DNA of 63,265 nucleotides, counting the filler, from Hyphochytrium catenoides (taxonomy: Eukaryota > Protista > Hyphochytriomycota), in assembly GCA_900088475.1 (NCBI GenBank). It is 11 parts of 11 records of this genome, joined end to end, with 100 filler letters (N's around TTAATTAATTAA, not from the genome) between each part and the next. Parts side by side here need not be neighbours in the genome. Positions count along the whole stretch, not along the records: positions 1 to 26,584 come from FLMG01003774.1; 10 more parts are not named here. One strand, 5' to 3'. Position numbers and translations under genes: made by a program. Under the pieces are notes generated by a model that was not told the DNA's origin, ran no database searches, and worked only from the letters and a program-made list of their open reading frames with translations. Below, piece by piece: positions 12,064 to 24,500 of this stretch. Each line of letters opens with the position of its first letter. Within the stretch, counting starts at the first letter, position 1.

Positions 12064-13068
12064 TTAGCTTCGCCGAAGACGGCGATTCCATGTTCCATTG
12101 TGGTTACCGTTCCCGCTACTATTGTTATCATTGCCGTTCTCGCGGCCATAGTCATTACCGTGATTCATCTGCCCATTGCCGTTGCCGTTGCCAGTTCCGG
12201 AGTTCCTATTGCCATTATCACTGCCATTCCCATCTCCAGAGTTTCTCAGGCCATTGCCGCCGCCATTTCGTGCTCCAGAGTTCATGTTGCCGTTGTGGCT
12301 GCCGTTTCGATCGCCTTCGTTGTTGTAGGCATTGCCAAGGCCATTACGGTCTCCAACATTCTGTTGCCCGTTGAATTGGCCGTTGGCGTTTCCCGTGTTC
12401 CAGAGCCCGTTGTAGCCTCAATTGTCACTACCAAGGTTGTCATTGCCATTGCCAACTCCATTGCGGTCCCCGACGTTAGCCCATCCATTGTAGACGCCGT
12501 TGTTGTTGCCGACGTTACCATTGCTATTGGCGTGGCCATTGGAATTTCCAATGTTTCCAAACCCGTTACTCTGACCATTGTTGTCTCCAGTGTTCAGGTT
12601 GCCGTTGTTGCCTCCATTTCCAGAGCCATGGTTATAGCTTCCGTTATTGCTGCCATTATAGTTCCCCGTGTTGCCATTGCCATTACGATTCCCATTGCCC
12701 TCCTTGCCAGTTTGAGAAGAAGAAGTGCCCATCGTGTTCCCATTGCCGTTATTGTTGCCATTATAGCTCCCGGTGTTGCCATTGCCCTTCCCATTGCCCT
12801 CCTTGCCAGTTTGAGAAGAAGTGCCCATCGTGTTCCCGTTGCCGTTATTGTTGCCATTATGGTTCCCGGTGTTGCCATTGCCATTACCATTCCCATTGCC
12901 CACCTTGCCAGTTTGAGAAGTGCCCATCATGTTCTTATTCCCGTTATTGTTGCCATTAGAGTTCCCAATGTTGCCATTGCCATTACCGTTACCGTTGCCC
13001 CGCTGGGCGGTCACAGAGCTAGCAGCCAAAAGTAGAGACAGGATAATAGCAAGACCACTGAGCTTCAT
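12064..13068 (-). CDS. Secreted Gly/Asn-repeat protein, copy 1 (one in-frame TGA at 12418-12420)
   Basis: Signal peptide MKLSGLAIILSLLLAASSVTA followed by GN repeats. The frame continues past the TGA to ...NRRLRRS*, the same C-terminus as the paralog. Confidence 0.8.
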
Positions 13069-15849
13069 CGTGGATACCTTTTTGAAAACGTCTTGTCAAG
13101 CTGTTCCTTGTGATGGCAGCTTTCTTGTTGTCGCTGTCAACAAAGCAGGGTTTGTTCAATCGGTATGTCATCGCCGTCGCAGGAAAGCAGGAAGTAGACG
13201 AAGCTAGAGAGGGTGCCCTGGCCATCCACTCCACCATCGGCCCGATGAGAGCTCTGGTCTGCTTTTCAACTAAACTATAGGTCAGTCATGCGCTGTGTGT
13301 CTTCAAATTTGTAGTCCAAGATAATATTACCTGCGGAGAAGAAGCATAATTTGATGCTTCCTTCTGAATCTGGCTCTTCTTGGCACTTAACGAAGATTGG
13401 GGCCCTTTAGGAAAAGTTCACTATTGCATACGTTTCCCTTGTTATCAGTGGTGTGGGAGCTGGCATCTGCAGGAGCGCACAGTTAGAACTACTTTGGCTT
13501 TTGTTTCGCTTTTCCAGGATCATTGTTTACTGGGGAGACAGTCCGGAAGCGTTTTAGTCAGAGTAGTTTTTTATATAACTAGTTCTACGCCTGCTTCAAA
13601 TGAGGGTCTGAAAAAAAAGGGCTGGGACAAGGCCTGGGACGCGCCGAGCCTGTCCATCAAGAGAAAGATGATACTCCGCGTTAGCACCTATCAAAGGGAG
13701 AACTGTCCCTGGATAAGATGGCTTATTAGCAGTAGAGTCTGGCTCCACTACTAGGGTCTGCCTCCTTTGGGTTCTATTCTGGGCTCAACAAAGGAAATGA
13801 AATCTCGAAAGGCCCCACCCACATATTCATGAAACGAACGAGCGTCACAGCAAACACTCTGAACTGGAACGTCGAATGTCCCAGCGCATCATCTGGAGAG
13901 GAGGAGCCTTGGTTGAGCTCCTCCTCAAAAATAGTTTACCCTGCAATAACATAAAGGTAGTTAGTAAAGCAGTAGTTCTACATGCAGAAGAGGAGCATCT
14001 TATAAATCGCTGTATTGGAATAAGGGAAAGAGGGTCGCCCTGAGTAGTTGAGAAAGGCACCTTTTCTACCTAGATGTTATACAGATCAATCGAGCCATCT
14101 AAGAATGATCTGGTTGGGGAAGCGCTAGATCAGATGAAGGGCAAACCTTCCTTCCCGTGCGCAGGGGTCCCAACGCTACACAGATCAGGATCGTTGGCTG
14201 AGAAAGAGGAAAATCTCGCACTTCGATGTTGCCTTGTCATAGGGTCGGAATGCACTTCATCGCTCTGGTCGGGGAAAGCTTTCGTGCTACCGTGGATCGG
14301 ATGGTCCAACAAAAACTCTTCGTGGAGCCAAGCAGTAGCTCAATTCAAATTGTTTCCAAAGCGTTTCCTCTTCGGACACGAGACGGATGATGATAGTGCC
14401 TGGCTAGGAACGAATCGGAAGCCGGTGGTCCATTCTCAGATCTCTTTTGCGATCCATGGCCAGGCGGCTCAGGAGGTTCGGAGGAGGATCCTCACTGAGG
14501 TCATCAGTGCTGCAGCTTCCTCAGCTGGACGAAAATATTTTCAAAGATGTTTCTCTCTCCGCCTTCCTCATTTTCTTCGTTGCTGGTTGGTCCTTCTCCT
14601 CCTCCTTCTGCGGTGGAACCTCATCTGGCGGTGCTTGCTTCCTCTTCTGCTTCTTCTTCCCCTTCCGCTAATTGTCCTCCTTTATTCTATGTCACTTCAT
14701 TTTCTTGTCCCCTCGCCCTAGTTCTTCTTCATTCCTCTTCCACCTCTTTCTCCCTCCTCCATTTGAGGGCCAGAACTTGGGATTTCTTGTTCGGTCCTGC
14801 CTCCCTCTACTAGTCCTTCTCCACCTTAATCCTTTTCATGCCCTTCTTTTTTCCCCCTCTACTCCCTCTTTAATTTGGGGTTGAGCTCTAGCGATGCTGT
14901 TGATGGTCTTCATGCTTCTCTACTCGTTCGTCCTTCGTCTTCTCCTCGCTTATCATTCTTCTTTCAAAAATCCGTCGCAAACTCAAAGACTTTCCTATGC
15001 ATCGGCCCGTAAGGGTTACACAGATTCTTTAGATGAGAAAGGTAGCCTTCATGCCTCCGTGCGGCTCTGTCAGGGGCGAGAGTCGAATATTTCCTCTGGT
15101 GTGGGAGACGTCTCGTGCGACTGTGGACCAAAGATGGCCAAATTTGTGGCGAGACGGATGTTCGCAATGCGACCACTCTCCTCCAGAGGCAGGACAAGAT
15201 GGCTTCTGGTGGTCAGTAATTTCTGAAGTGCATTCCTCCTGCAGTCAATGGAGCTTCCTCTTTAGAAAGTAAGACAAGACCATATTCCAAGATGTTTCTG
15301 TCTTCGTCTTCCCTTCTTCCTCTTCTTCTATGCTTGCTTCTCCTGGTCCTCCTTCTTCTCGTCCTGGGGCGGAAGAAACTCGTCTGGCGGTGCTTGCTTC
15401 CTCTTCTGCATCTTCCTCCCCTCCCGCTGCTGCTCCTCCTTCTTCTTCGTCACTTCTTTCATTTTCTTTCCCTCCTCGCCCTTGTTCTTTTTCCCATCCT
15501 CCCATTTTCCCTCTTCCCTTGGAGGGGCAGAATCATCATCCGGTTAGGAATTTTTCTTAGACCCTCCCCCGTCCCTCTTCAACTACTTCTTCCTCCTCTT
15601 CTTCCTCCTTTCATCTCCTTCTTCTTTCCCCGCCGCCCTTCCTGCTCCTTCTTGAGGTGACCTTTACTACGTTGGTTGTCGGTGCTGTTCATCGTTCTGA
15701 AGAAGTTCTTCTTTGTCCTTCTTCTCGCCTTTCATCTTCATCTTCACCTTCCCTTCCTCTTCCCCTTGCAGAAGGAGGGTAACTCGTCGTCCATCTTTAT
15801 CCTTTTCTTTGCTTCTTGGATCGTAGAACTTTATAGTTTATAAGAAAGC

Positions 15850-16140
15850 GAAGTTGAGGAAGTACGAGGTTCCCTGTCGGGCTGTCCGGCTTCAGTTGGT
15901 GCCGCTCCTCTGAGAGTCTTTTGGTGGTACTATGCTCTATGTCCTGGACTCTGTGCATTAGCTGGTGCAGCTTCAGTGTGATCGTGCCGCTCTTGAGACT
16001 TCCCGTTCTCTTGGTCATTGGTCTCGATTGGCAGCGCTCTGACTCTTCATATACCAAATTCTCCTTCCCCATTCATGAAGAGAATGCAACTCAGATTCTG
16101 AGGCGTATCCCTCTTCAGCAGTTGGACCCGCTGAGACAAT
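15850..16140 (+). pseudogene. CRE-like non-LTR retrotransposon restriction-like endonuclease C-terminus
   Basis: RKYEVPCRAVRLQLVPLL*ESFGG...IHEENATQILRR; homologous to 30430-30805. Confidence 0.6.
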
Positions 16141-16339
16141 CTCGGGATTTCAGCTCAGCCGTCCTGTTCCCTCGCCCTAGCTTGCATGATTGAGCGCAAT
16201 GATGATGATGGTCTCGGCGCCACGCCCTCCTCTTCTCCACCTCCGTCCTCTATCATTATCGCTGAAGAGTTCAACTATGGTTCTTCTTCCTTTCCGACAT
16301 TGATGGTGGGGGAGGAGGAGAAACGCGTTGAGGAGCTCC

Positions 16340-16618
16340 TATGGGAGAGTCACTCTCCCTGATAATAATGCAAAGATAGGAGTCGTATCATGCAAGAGAG
16401 ATTGGATCATCAAGAGGCTATTCTCCTAGAAGAAGTATGCCAAGAGGAAGAGAGCAGAAAGGAAACAGAAAGGAGTGTCCTTCGTCAGAGCCATCTGCTG
16501 CCTACTCCGTTCTGAGGATATCTAATAGCAGAGGTCACATCCCATACATCGGCCGCTGATCCGTATCCAGCCCGCAGTCAGGCGGTCAGCAGTTGTCAGA
16601 GAAAGTACACATATAACA
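16340..16618 (-). mobile_element. Diverged partial gypsy A LTR at the duplication junction
   Basis: Matches 10000-10541 and ends in CATATAACA. Confidence 0.7.
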
Positions 16619-17549
16619 AGACAGAAAGCTCAGCTTGAGAGAGTCTTTATGGACACAGAAGGAAGAGTGAGGGAAGAGACAGATGATAATGGAAAAAACG
16701 TGCCCCGCGTGAGAAGAAACGAGTTTAGGTGCATGGGACCCGAGTGCCAACGCAGAGGGGACAGAGAGAAAGAGACAGCAGGATGATGGAAGCGAGAAAG
16801 CGTGCGCGCGAGAGAGAGAGAGAGAGAAAGAGAAAGCTCGCTGCTGAGGTAGAGGCAGTAGCTCAGACACAGAGGAAAGAATGAGACCCGGAATGATGAT
16901 AAAAAGCGCGGCAGACAACAGAGGGAAGAGGACAGGCAGTTGATCCAAACCCCAAGCACCATCTAGGTAAGGAGAATAAATTCAAGAGCAGGAGTGTCTC
17001 CATGGTCTGTGATGAGTCAAATCCCTGGTTTGTTCAAGAACGTCAAGGAGCGGCGAGAGGGAGAGAGCTCAAAGAGGGGCGAAGAGATTGAGAGAAGAGT
17101 TGAGGGGAAAGCGGACCAGATCTTAAATTATATTTGCGGCCTACGATCGTCTTTCGCAAAGGATTAACCTTGTTTCTGAGACAGGTGAGATCGGGAAGAG
17201 AGGCAGAAAGCAAAATGAAGGGACGAGAGGAACTGGAGAGGGAAGGGAAGGGAGAGAAGCTAGGTAGTGCCTAATAAGAGAATGAAAGAGGCGGGGAGAA
17301 GAACTCAAACGCCAATCATGCATAAATATGTGAATGAAGCACGACGAAGAAGTGCCAAAGGGTCTGAGGTAATCGCTCTTCTAAGCTGGTGATGAAGTGG
17401 CGCAGAGGTTAGCCTTTCAGTAGACCAAGAGCAATCAAGGGATCAGAGAAGAAGAGATGGCTGAGTCTCAGCAATGGGTGATGATCTCTGTCGTCCAAGG
17501 TGAGGGCTGTTGAGCACACAGGAGAGGCTTTCGAGCTTATCCGGTATTA

Positions 17550-18700
17550 AATGTCAGGCTGAGTCCCTAGGCGTTGACTATTAGAAGATAGCCCTATGTA
17601 TCATCCTGAGATAATGTCTATCTAAATAACAAGATGAAGAGGCAGAGAGCAAGAGCGGAGGGAGAGAGAGCAGGATGACTAGCTCTTAGAAGTCTGTTAT
17701 CGGTTCAGCTTTCCTATCTTTTGACCAACCATTCATCTCAAGTCAGTACCTTCAGTGAGAGAAGGTTAGGTTGAAGAGCCCCATGCCCTTCGTATAACGA
17801 TGAGAATCGGTAGGAACTAGGGGCAGGACCTCTTGTTGGAGACAATTGAACTTCTCTTGGCGAATCACTGCTGCTTAAGAGGAGGTTAAGAAGGTAGCTT
17901 ACCTTGTGGGCCTGCTGTCCCTCACCAATAATAAAGGTTCCAGGAGGCAGCTCCTTTGCTTGGCCGGCCCGCTCGCTCTATGCCTTCACTGGCAAAAAAC
18001 ATCATCATGGTACTTCATGGCAATAAGAGAAGATAGCGGTCAAACACTCTATCATTTGGGCTTAAAAGTTGAATGCGAATTCCAGACATGAGCTCAACCG
18101 GAAACCTGGGACCGACAAGACACGGATCACCACTTCGGTAGTGCTACTGCCCGGCGAGCACGGGTCTCCTGAGCCCAGTGGGTCTTTGGATATAATCCTG
18201 GAAGGAACCCTGTACAATATCTCTATGATGCTTGAGCTCCATACTGTGCTTCTTGGAGCAGAAGTCGGTGGTGCACGCATCACATTCTCAAATTTATCGT
18301 CAAGGCTGGCTGTTGGTCGCTTGGTAACTCCATTTAATGTTCTATGGGTTACACTTACCACGACATGAGCCCGCTAGACGGCACCATGGGCGTTAAATAA
18401 GAACCCTGAGTGAGAATAGAGATGGCCCGTTGCCATGACTAGCATCTCAGAGTTCTCCGCTCAGCTAACTCCCTCTATCTGCGAAGCCCTTTACCAGTCT
18501 CTGTCAAAGTTGCGATCTCCCTGCACCTCCTGATCTCTCGACCTTTCTCACTGATGCGCCTCTGATCGGCTCGACCAAGGAAGATGGTGGCCTTCGACCT
18601 ATCGCCGATGGCAGAACACTTCATCGATTAGTTTCATAGTGCTTGCTGCTGGGACATGGTCAAGAGGCTGTTGTCCACCGAGTCTGCGATCCCTCTATTT
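17550..18700 (-). pseudogene. Decayed copia integrase insertion specific to duplicate unit 2
   Basis: TLNGVTKRPTASLDDK...ILYRVPSRII resembles QNGVAERxNRTL...YLxNRxPS, and the segment is absent from unit 1. Confidence 0.5.
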
Positions 18701-19058
18701 TCTTTTTGCCTCACTTGAACATTTGTGCTTCTTCCCTCTCTCTTTTTTTCCGCTGTACACCTTTTCCCCCTGCTGCGAGACTCTGTTTTCCTCTCTTTCT
18801 CTCCCTGTAAAGCTTTGTTTGTACCCTCCTGTTTTTTTCTCACACAATGAGGGATGAAGCATGAAATAGTAATTTATTTAGAGTGAAGCGAGAGGGGAGA
18901 AAAGGGCGATACTTCCACAGAGGAAGCTACAATTGATGGAGAGAGGGTGAAGACAGGACGCATTCCTGGGTGACACAGGAGAAAGAGAAGCACGAACAGA
19001 TGTCTACCGATCTCTCCCTCTTCAGATAGAGTGGTCAGTACACACATCTCCATAGCAG

Positions 19059-19685
19059 TTAACTCCGCCGAAGACGGCGAACACCGTTCTTGCTGCTGAC
19101 GTCGCTGGCGTGTCCTAAGTTCCGGGGTCCGGTGTTGCGGTTGCCTATCAAGCTCCCATTTCCGATATTGATGCCATTGTTGTTTCCGGTGTTGCCGTTG
19201 CCATTAATATTCCCATTGCCCGCCCTGTAATTCTCAGGACTGCCCATGATGTTCCCATTGCCGTTATTGCTGCCGTTGTACTTCCCGATGTTGCCATTAC
19301 CATTACGATTCCCATAGCCCTCCGGGGTAGCTAGATATATGTCCATCACGTTCCCATTGCCGTTATTGCTGCCATTAGTGTTCCCGATGTTGCCATTGCC
19401 ATTAATGTTCCCATTGCCCTCCTTGCCACTCCGAGCATTGCCCAGTATGTTCCCATTGCCGTTATTGCTGCCATTAAAGTTCCCCGTGTTGCTATTGCCA
19501 TTAACATTCCCATTGCCCTCGATGCCACTCTGAGGAGTGCCCATGATGTTCCCATTGCCGTTATTGTTGCCATTCGAGTTGCCAATGTTGCGATTGCCAT
19601 TCCGGTTACCGTTGCCTTGCTGCGCGGTCACCGAGCTAGCAGCTAAGATCAAAGACAGGATAATAGCAAGACCACTGAGCTTCAT
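19059..19685 (-). CDS. Secreted Gly/Asn-repeat protein, copy 2 (208 aa, intact)
   Basis: Signal peptide MKLSGLAIILSLILAASSVTA, five ~33-aa GN units, and the ending VRRLRRS*. Confidence 0.85.
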   Translation of the reverse strand: MKLSGLAIILSLILAASSVTAQQGNGNRNGNRNIGNSNGNNNGNGNIMGTPQSGIEGNGNVNGNSNTGNFNGSNNGNGNILGNARSGKEGNGNINGNGNIGNTNGSNNGNGNVMDIYLATPEGYGNRNGNGNIGKYNGSNNGNGNIMGSPENYRAGNGNINGNGNTGNNNGINIGNGSLIGNRNTGPRNLGHASDVSSKNGVRRLRRS

Positions 19686-21306
19686 CTTGGATATTTGTTG
19701 TTTCACGGGTTCCTGTCAAGCTGTTCCTTGAAATGGCAGGGTTATAGTTGTCGCTGTCAACAAAAGCCCGGTGTGAATCGGTCGGATATCTGATCGCGGT
19801 CGCAGAAAAGCAGGAATGAGATGAAGCTAGAGAGGTGCACTCGCCATTTATTCCACCGCTGCCAAACGAGGAGATGTGGTGTGCTGTCCAACCAATTTAG
19901 AGGTCAGTGGTGTGCTGTCTGTCTTCAGATTTGTAGACCATGGTAGTGTTATCCTCTGGAGGAGCAAACTCTGGTGCTTCCTTCTGACTCTAGCTCCTCT
20001 TGGCACATATAACGAGCAGTGGGGCCCTTTAGGAGGACTCCGCGATTGCTAGCTTTAACCTGAGTATTATCAGTGTTGTGGAATATGAGTCCATAACTTA
20101 GAACTAGTGCTCCCTCTGTGTTTTGTTTCGCTTTCCTAGCATCATTGTTCGTCCAAAGAAATAGGGAGACAGTCAGGAGACAGTTCAGTCGGAGAAATTT
20201 ACTTGCTTCAACTGAGGATCTGAAGCAGAACGAAGGGCTGGGACAAGGCCTGGGACAAGCCTGTCCAACCAAGAATAGAGAATATGCTCCGGAGTTAAAG
20301 ACAGAAACCTAGCAGAAGCTCACCCAGAAATTTCCTTTCAATCCGAAAAATACTCCTTGTACCGAGTCCAAAAGCAGAGCCACTACTGAGAGAGGATTGC
20401 CGTATTATCAGAAATGACTGATAACACTCGTGAAAACGATCCTTAACAAACCTTAGGTTATTTTTTTCTAAGAAAGTACATTTACCACCTATCAAAGGGA
20501 GAACTGCCCCTGGATAAGATGGCTTAGCAGTAGAGCCTGGCTCTACTACTAGTGTCTGGCTCTTTTGCGGGTTTTTGGGCTCGCAACAGACGAAATGAAA
20601 GTTCGAAAGGGCCCACACATTCAATCATGCGAGAGAACGAGTCTGCGTCTTCTCTCAGCTCTTCTGGGTTCACAACAAACGCTTTGAACTGAGACTTTGA
20701 ACTGTCTCAGCGCATCACCTGATTACCTGAAGAGAACGAGTCTGGATACAGTTCCTCCAAAACGACATTCCGCAACGACTCCCAAATCGGATGGACGAAA
20801 ATCGGTCGGATGGACGTTTGGAAACTTGATAAATAACCGAGGTTGCATCAGCCACTGACGTCATTTCCGCGTCTCATCATCATATCCGAAGTTCATTTTA
20901 GAGTTTCTCGTTCATCCGGAAATTTGCTCGTTCCGGATGAAATGGTGGGTATCCGTCCGATTTGCATACCCATCCCAGCTGGTGAGAAATGAGGAATGAG
21001 AAACGCAAACCGGGATGAAGCCTACAGTAGTAGTAGTTCTAGACGAGAGGATCTACATATTATTTAGCGCGGCAAATTATTTAGAGTATTGTTGCTTCTT
21101 TTATTCGGCTAGTGTTGCACAGCTATTCCGTATGTTGGCAGAGCGGAAGGGTCAAGAATTCTCTGAAAGAAATGCGGTTGTTTCAGAAATGTTGGGTCGC
21201 CCGTAGATTGTTCTAAAGTCTACTAGGAACTACTGTACAGTAGAAACACTTGCCTATAGTTCTATCACTGTGGCGATTTTAGAACCTATGGAAATCCCGT
21301 CTGTTC

Positions 21307-21527
21307 AAGATCTGTTTTATGACCCTTTGTGCTCTAATTAAATTAACATCAGTAGCGCGCTTTCCGCATTCCTTTTTGACAGAGAAGTCTTGCTACTAAC
21401 ACCTCACGCAAAAATGTTTGCTTCCTCTTGGGTAGGGATAGCAGGCTTCTCTGCCAAAAAGGAATGCGGAAAGCCCGCTACTACTACTGTTTTGCAGTAG
21501 AGCACAAAGGATCATGAAACAGGTCTT
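21307..21527. repeat. Long inverted repeat (foldback/MITE)
   Basis: Arms of ~90 bp (AAGATCTGTTTTATGACCCTTTGTGCTCTA...GCTTTCCGCATTCCTTTTT and its reverse complement) around a ~40-nt loop. Confidence 0.8.
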
Positions 21528-24500
21528 ACAACGACTAATCATCTTGTCATCACTTCCATGATATCACTGAAACTTTGTTGTCTTTTTTGCTTCACTGTTC
21601 GCTCCTATTCTTTAGAAATGTCTGATCAGGTTGACCTCATCCTTCATCCTTCCGGAGGAAAAGTGACGGCTGCGGAATTTTTTTGCACTCAAATCGGGCG
21701 AAGTAGAACTATCGAGAGCTTTCCTCCATCCGATTCTCGTCCGTCCAGAATGTTGAGGCTTGCAGAAGAAAGTCGCTATTACATTTGCCTGCAAAAAAAC
21801 TAGCCAGTCGTTCTACCTGTAGAAGAGGAGAACTGGGGCATGTTATAAGTTAATAGCGATGTTAGAAAGAACAATAGAAAAAAGAAACATGTACTGGTGG
21901 AGGAACTGTCGTTGTACCAAAGCTGATAAACTGATGAGATAAAGGAAAGAGGGTCACCCCAAACTCTTGAAAAGAGACAGTTCTTCTACTCGTACCCAGA
22001 CGTAGTGCAAATCACCTGAGCCATCTAAGAATGATCTGATCCGGGAAGCGCTAGAGAAAGGGCAAAGCTTCCTTCCCTTGTGCATGGGGCCGCAAAGACT
22101 CTCAGGTTGACTGAGAAAGAGGAAAACGTCAGGCTTCCGTTGCTGCCCGCTCATAGGGTCGAATGCACTTCATCGCTCTGGCCTGGGAAAGCTGTGGTGG
22201 GACCGTGGATCGAGTGGTTCAACAGCAAATCTTCGGGGAGCCAAGTGATTCTATTCAACTTCTTTCCAATGTGATCGCTCTTCGGACACGAGACGGATAA
22301 TGATAGTGTCTGGCTAGGAACGAATCGCAAGCCGGTGCTTCATTCTCAGACCTCTTTGGCGATTAACTATGGACGTCGCTCAGCAGCTTCTGAGAAGGTT
22401 CCCCACCACTGACGTCAGTGGTGGAGCTTCCTCTAATCAAGGAAGTTGAAAGAGAATATTTTTCAAACGCTTTCTCTCTCCGTCCCCTCGCTCCTCTTCC
22501 TTTCTTGTTTGCTTGCTCCTCCTCTTCTCCTTCTTCTTCCCTGTCTAAGGAACCGTATCTGGTTATCTGGCGGTCCTTGCTTCCTCTTTTGCTTGGTCCT
22601 CCTTCTCCTGTGTCACTGCGTTTTCTTTTCCACTTCGCCCTTGTTCTTCTTTCTTTCTCCCTCCTCTCTCTCTTGAAGGGGCAGAATCATCATCGGGTTG
22701 GGACTTCTTCTTCGGCCCTGCTTCCCTCTATTAGTTCTTCTCCACCTTCATCCTTTCCGTCTCCTACTACTTCTTGCCGCGTTCCTTCTCTTTCTTTATT
22801 AATTTGGTGGTGAGCTCTAGCTTTGCTGTTGATGTTGTTCATCCTTCTTTGTCCTTTGTCTTCTTCTCGCTTATCAGCTCCTTCCTGAAGTCATTGGAAC
22901 TTTCTCTTTAGGGAAATAGGACAAGACCATATTCATTTCTCTCTTCGTCTCCCCTTCTTCCTCTTCTTCTTTGCTTGCTCCTCCTCTTCTCCTCCTTCTT
23001 CTCCTGCGGTGGAACCTCGTCTGATGGCGCTTGCTTCCTCCTCCTTCTGCTTCTTCTTCCCTTTCCGCTGCTCCTTCCTTCTTCTTCGTCACTTCCTTTG
23101 TTTACTCTCCCTCATCGCCCTTGTTCTTCTTCACATGCTCCCATTCTCCCTCTTTCCTTTGAGGAGCAGAGTCATCATCCGGTCGAGATTCCTTCTAGTT
23201 CCTCCTCTACTAGTCCATTTTCCTCTTCATCCTCTTCATCTCCTTCTTCTCGCCGCCCTTCCTTCTCCTTCTTGAAGATGAGCTTTATTACTTTGGTCGT
23301 CGATGCTGTTCATCGTTCTGAAGTTCTTCTTTGTCCTTCATCTCTCCTGTCATCTTCATCTTCCCTTCCTCTTCCCTTGCTGGTGGAGGGTAACTCGACG
23401 TCGATCTTCATTCTTTTCTTGGCTCCTTGGATCGTAGAGACTATTCTTGCGCTTATACTTCTTCCATTATAACAGGCAAATGTACTACGAACAAGAAGAG
23501 GAACAAGAGCGAAAACTAGTAGGCCTGAAAGAGAAAAAAAAGAGGAAGGACGCAGCTCCATCGTCGCGGGAGCTGCGAGGACACCGAGGAGGACGCTCGG
23601 AGATCATCTTCCTCATCAACAATGTGAAGAGAGAAACTCTTCTCGATTCTCCTGAGCATATTTTTAACATAAGGCATAAGAAAGTAGATAAGCTCCTTTG
23701 ATTGTTGAAAGTGGAAGATGTGTTGTCCGCGAAGTGAATGGCGTGAGTTGGTCTCTCTCTCTCTTCTTTTCTAGCGGGATATAGAGGCAGTTCTTCCCTC
23801 TTCTTCTGCTCTATGGCCTTGTTACTTGGCGACTATGAGGATAGGCTCAAGGTCAGACGTGTTAACATGTTCAACTGTTGATGTTCAACGGCTCATTATC
23901 CATTCCTTGGAGCTGCTTGTCTTCTCTACGTTGAGGTTGCCTTGGGGACCTGACGCAGCGTAGATGATGACGATATCTGCACCCGTTGAAGGCATGTGGC
24001 GGAGTTTGCATGCTTCTCTTGGACAAAAGAATGTCATTCTTCTTCTTTGTTGGTCCATGCCAAAGAGGCTTCCCTATTGATCAGCCATTGTCTCTCCTCC
24101 GTAGGTGAAGGCATTCATTGTACAGCTGTGGCGCTGGGTTTGATTGATCCTTCCTTCTTCACGACGACTCCCTTCTTTGTCTTTCCTCGGCGTTTTGCAG
24201 TCTGAGGTCGATGTCACAGCAGATGCGGTGACCTTTCCATGATCAGTTAGTTGGCCTTCTTTGATTAGGATCCTTGATGGAGATCGTTCAGGATTCTTGG
24301 GCATCGTGGTGGACTGGTAGCAGCTTTCACTTCTGCAGCTCGCGCTATTTTGTTCTTCCCTCTTTCGATGGGGAGCGAGGGCCCATATACTTTTCTCTTT
24401 CCTAGGGTTGCAGTCTTCTCTCTCTTTTTCCAATGTACTTCTTCCCGCCTGCCTGAAAGACATTCTGAGAGAGAGTTGAAGAGAAGAGAGAGAGAGAGCT

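Larger units (their letters stand above)
9990..23440. repeat. Diverged tandem segmental duplication (unit 1 ~9990-15830, unit 2 ~16340-23440)
   Basis: Collinear matching blocks: 10800-10882/17200-17292, 11378-11650/17293-17540, 11720-12050/18710-19050, the GN genes, 13070-13900/19690-20750, 14020-14950/21940-22875 and 15250-15830/22900-23440. Confidence 0.85.

Noticed and set aside
12418-12420. Genome-wide UGA reassignment or selenocysteine
   Set aside because: The position requires Gly, other intact genes show no in-frame TGA, and Trp is encoded by TGG.
12061-13035. 324-aa hydrophobic ORF on the + strand
   Set aside because: It is the antisense shadow of GGC/AAT codons. The minus strand has the signal peptide and the conserved paralog.
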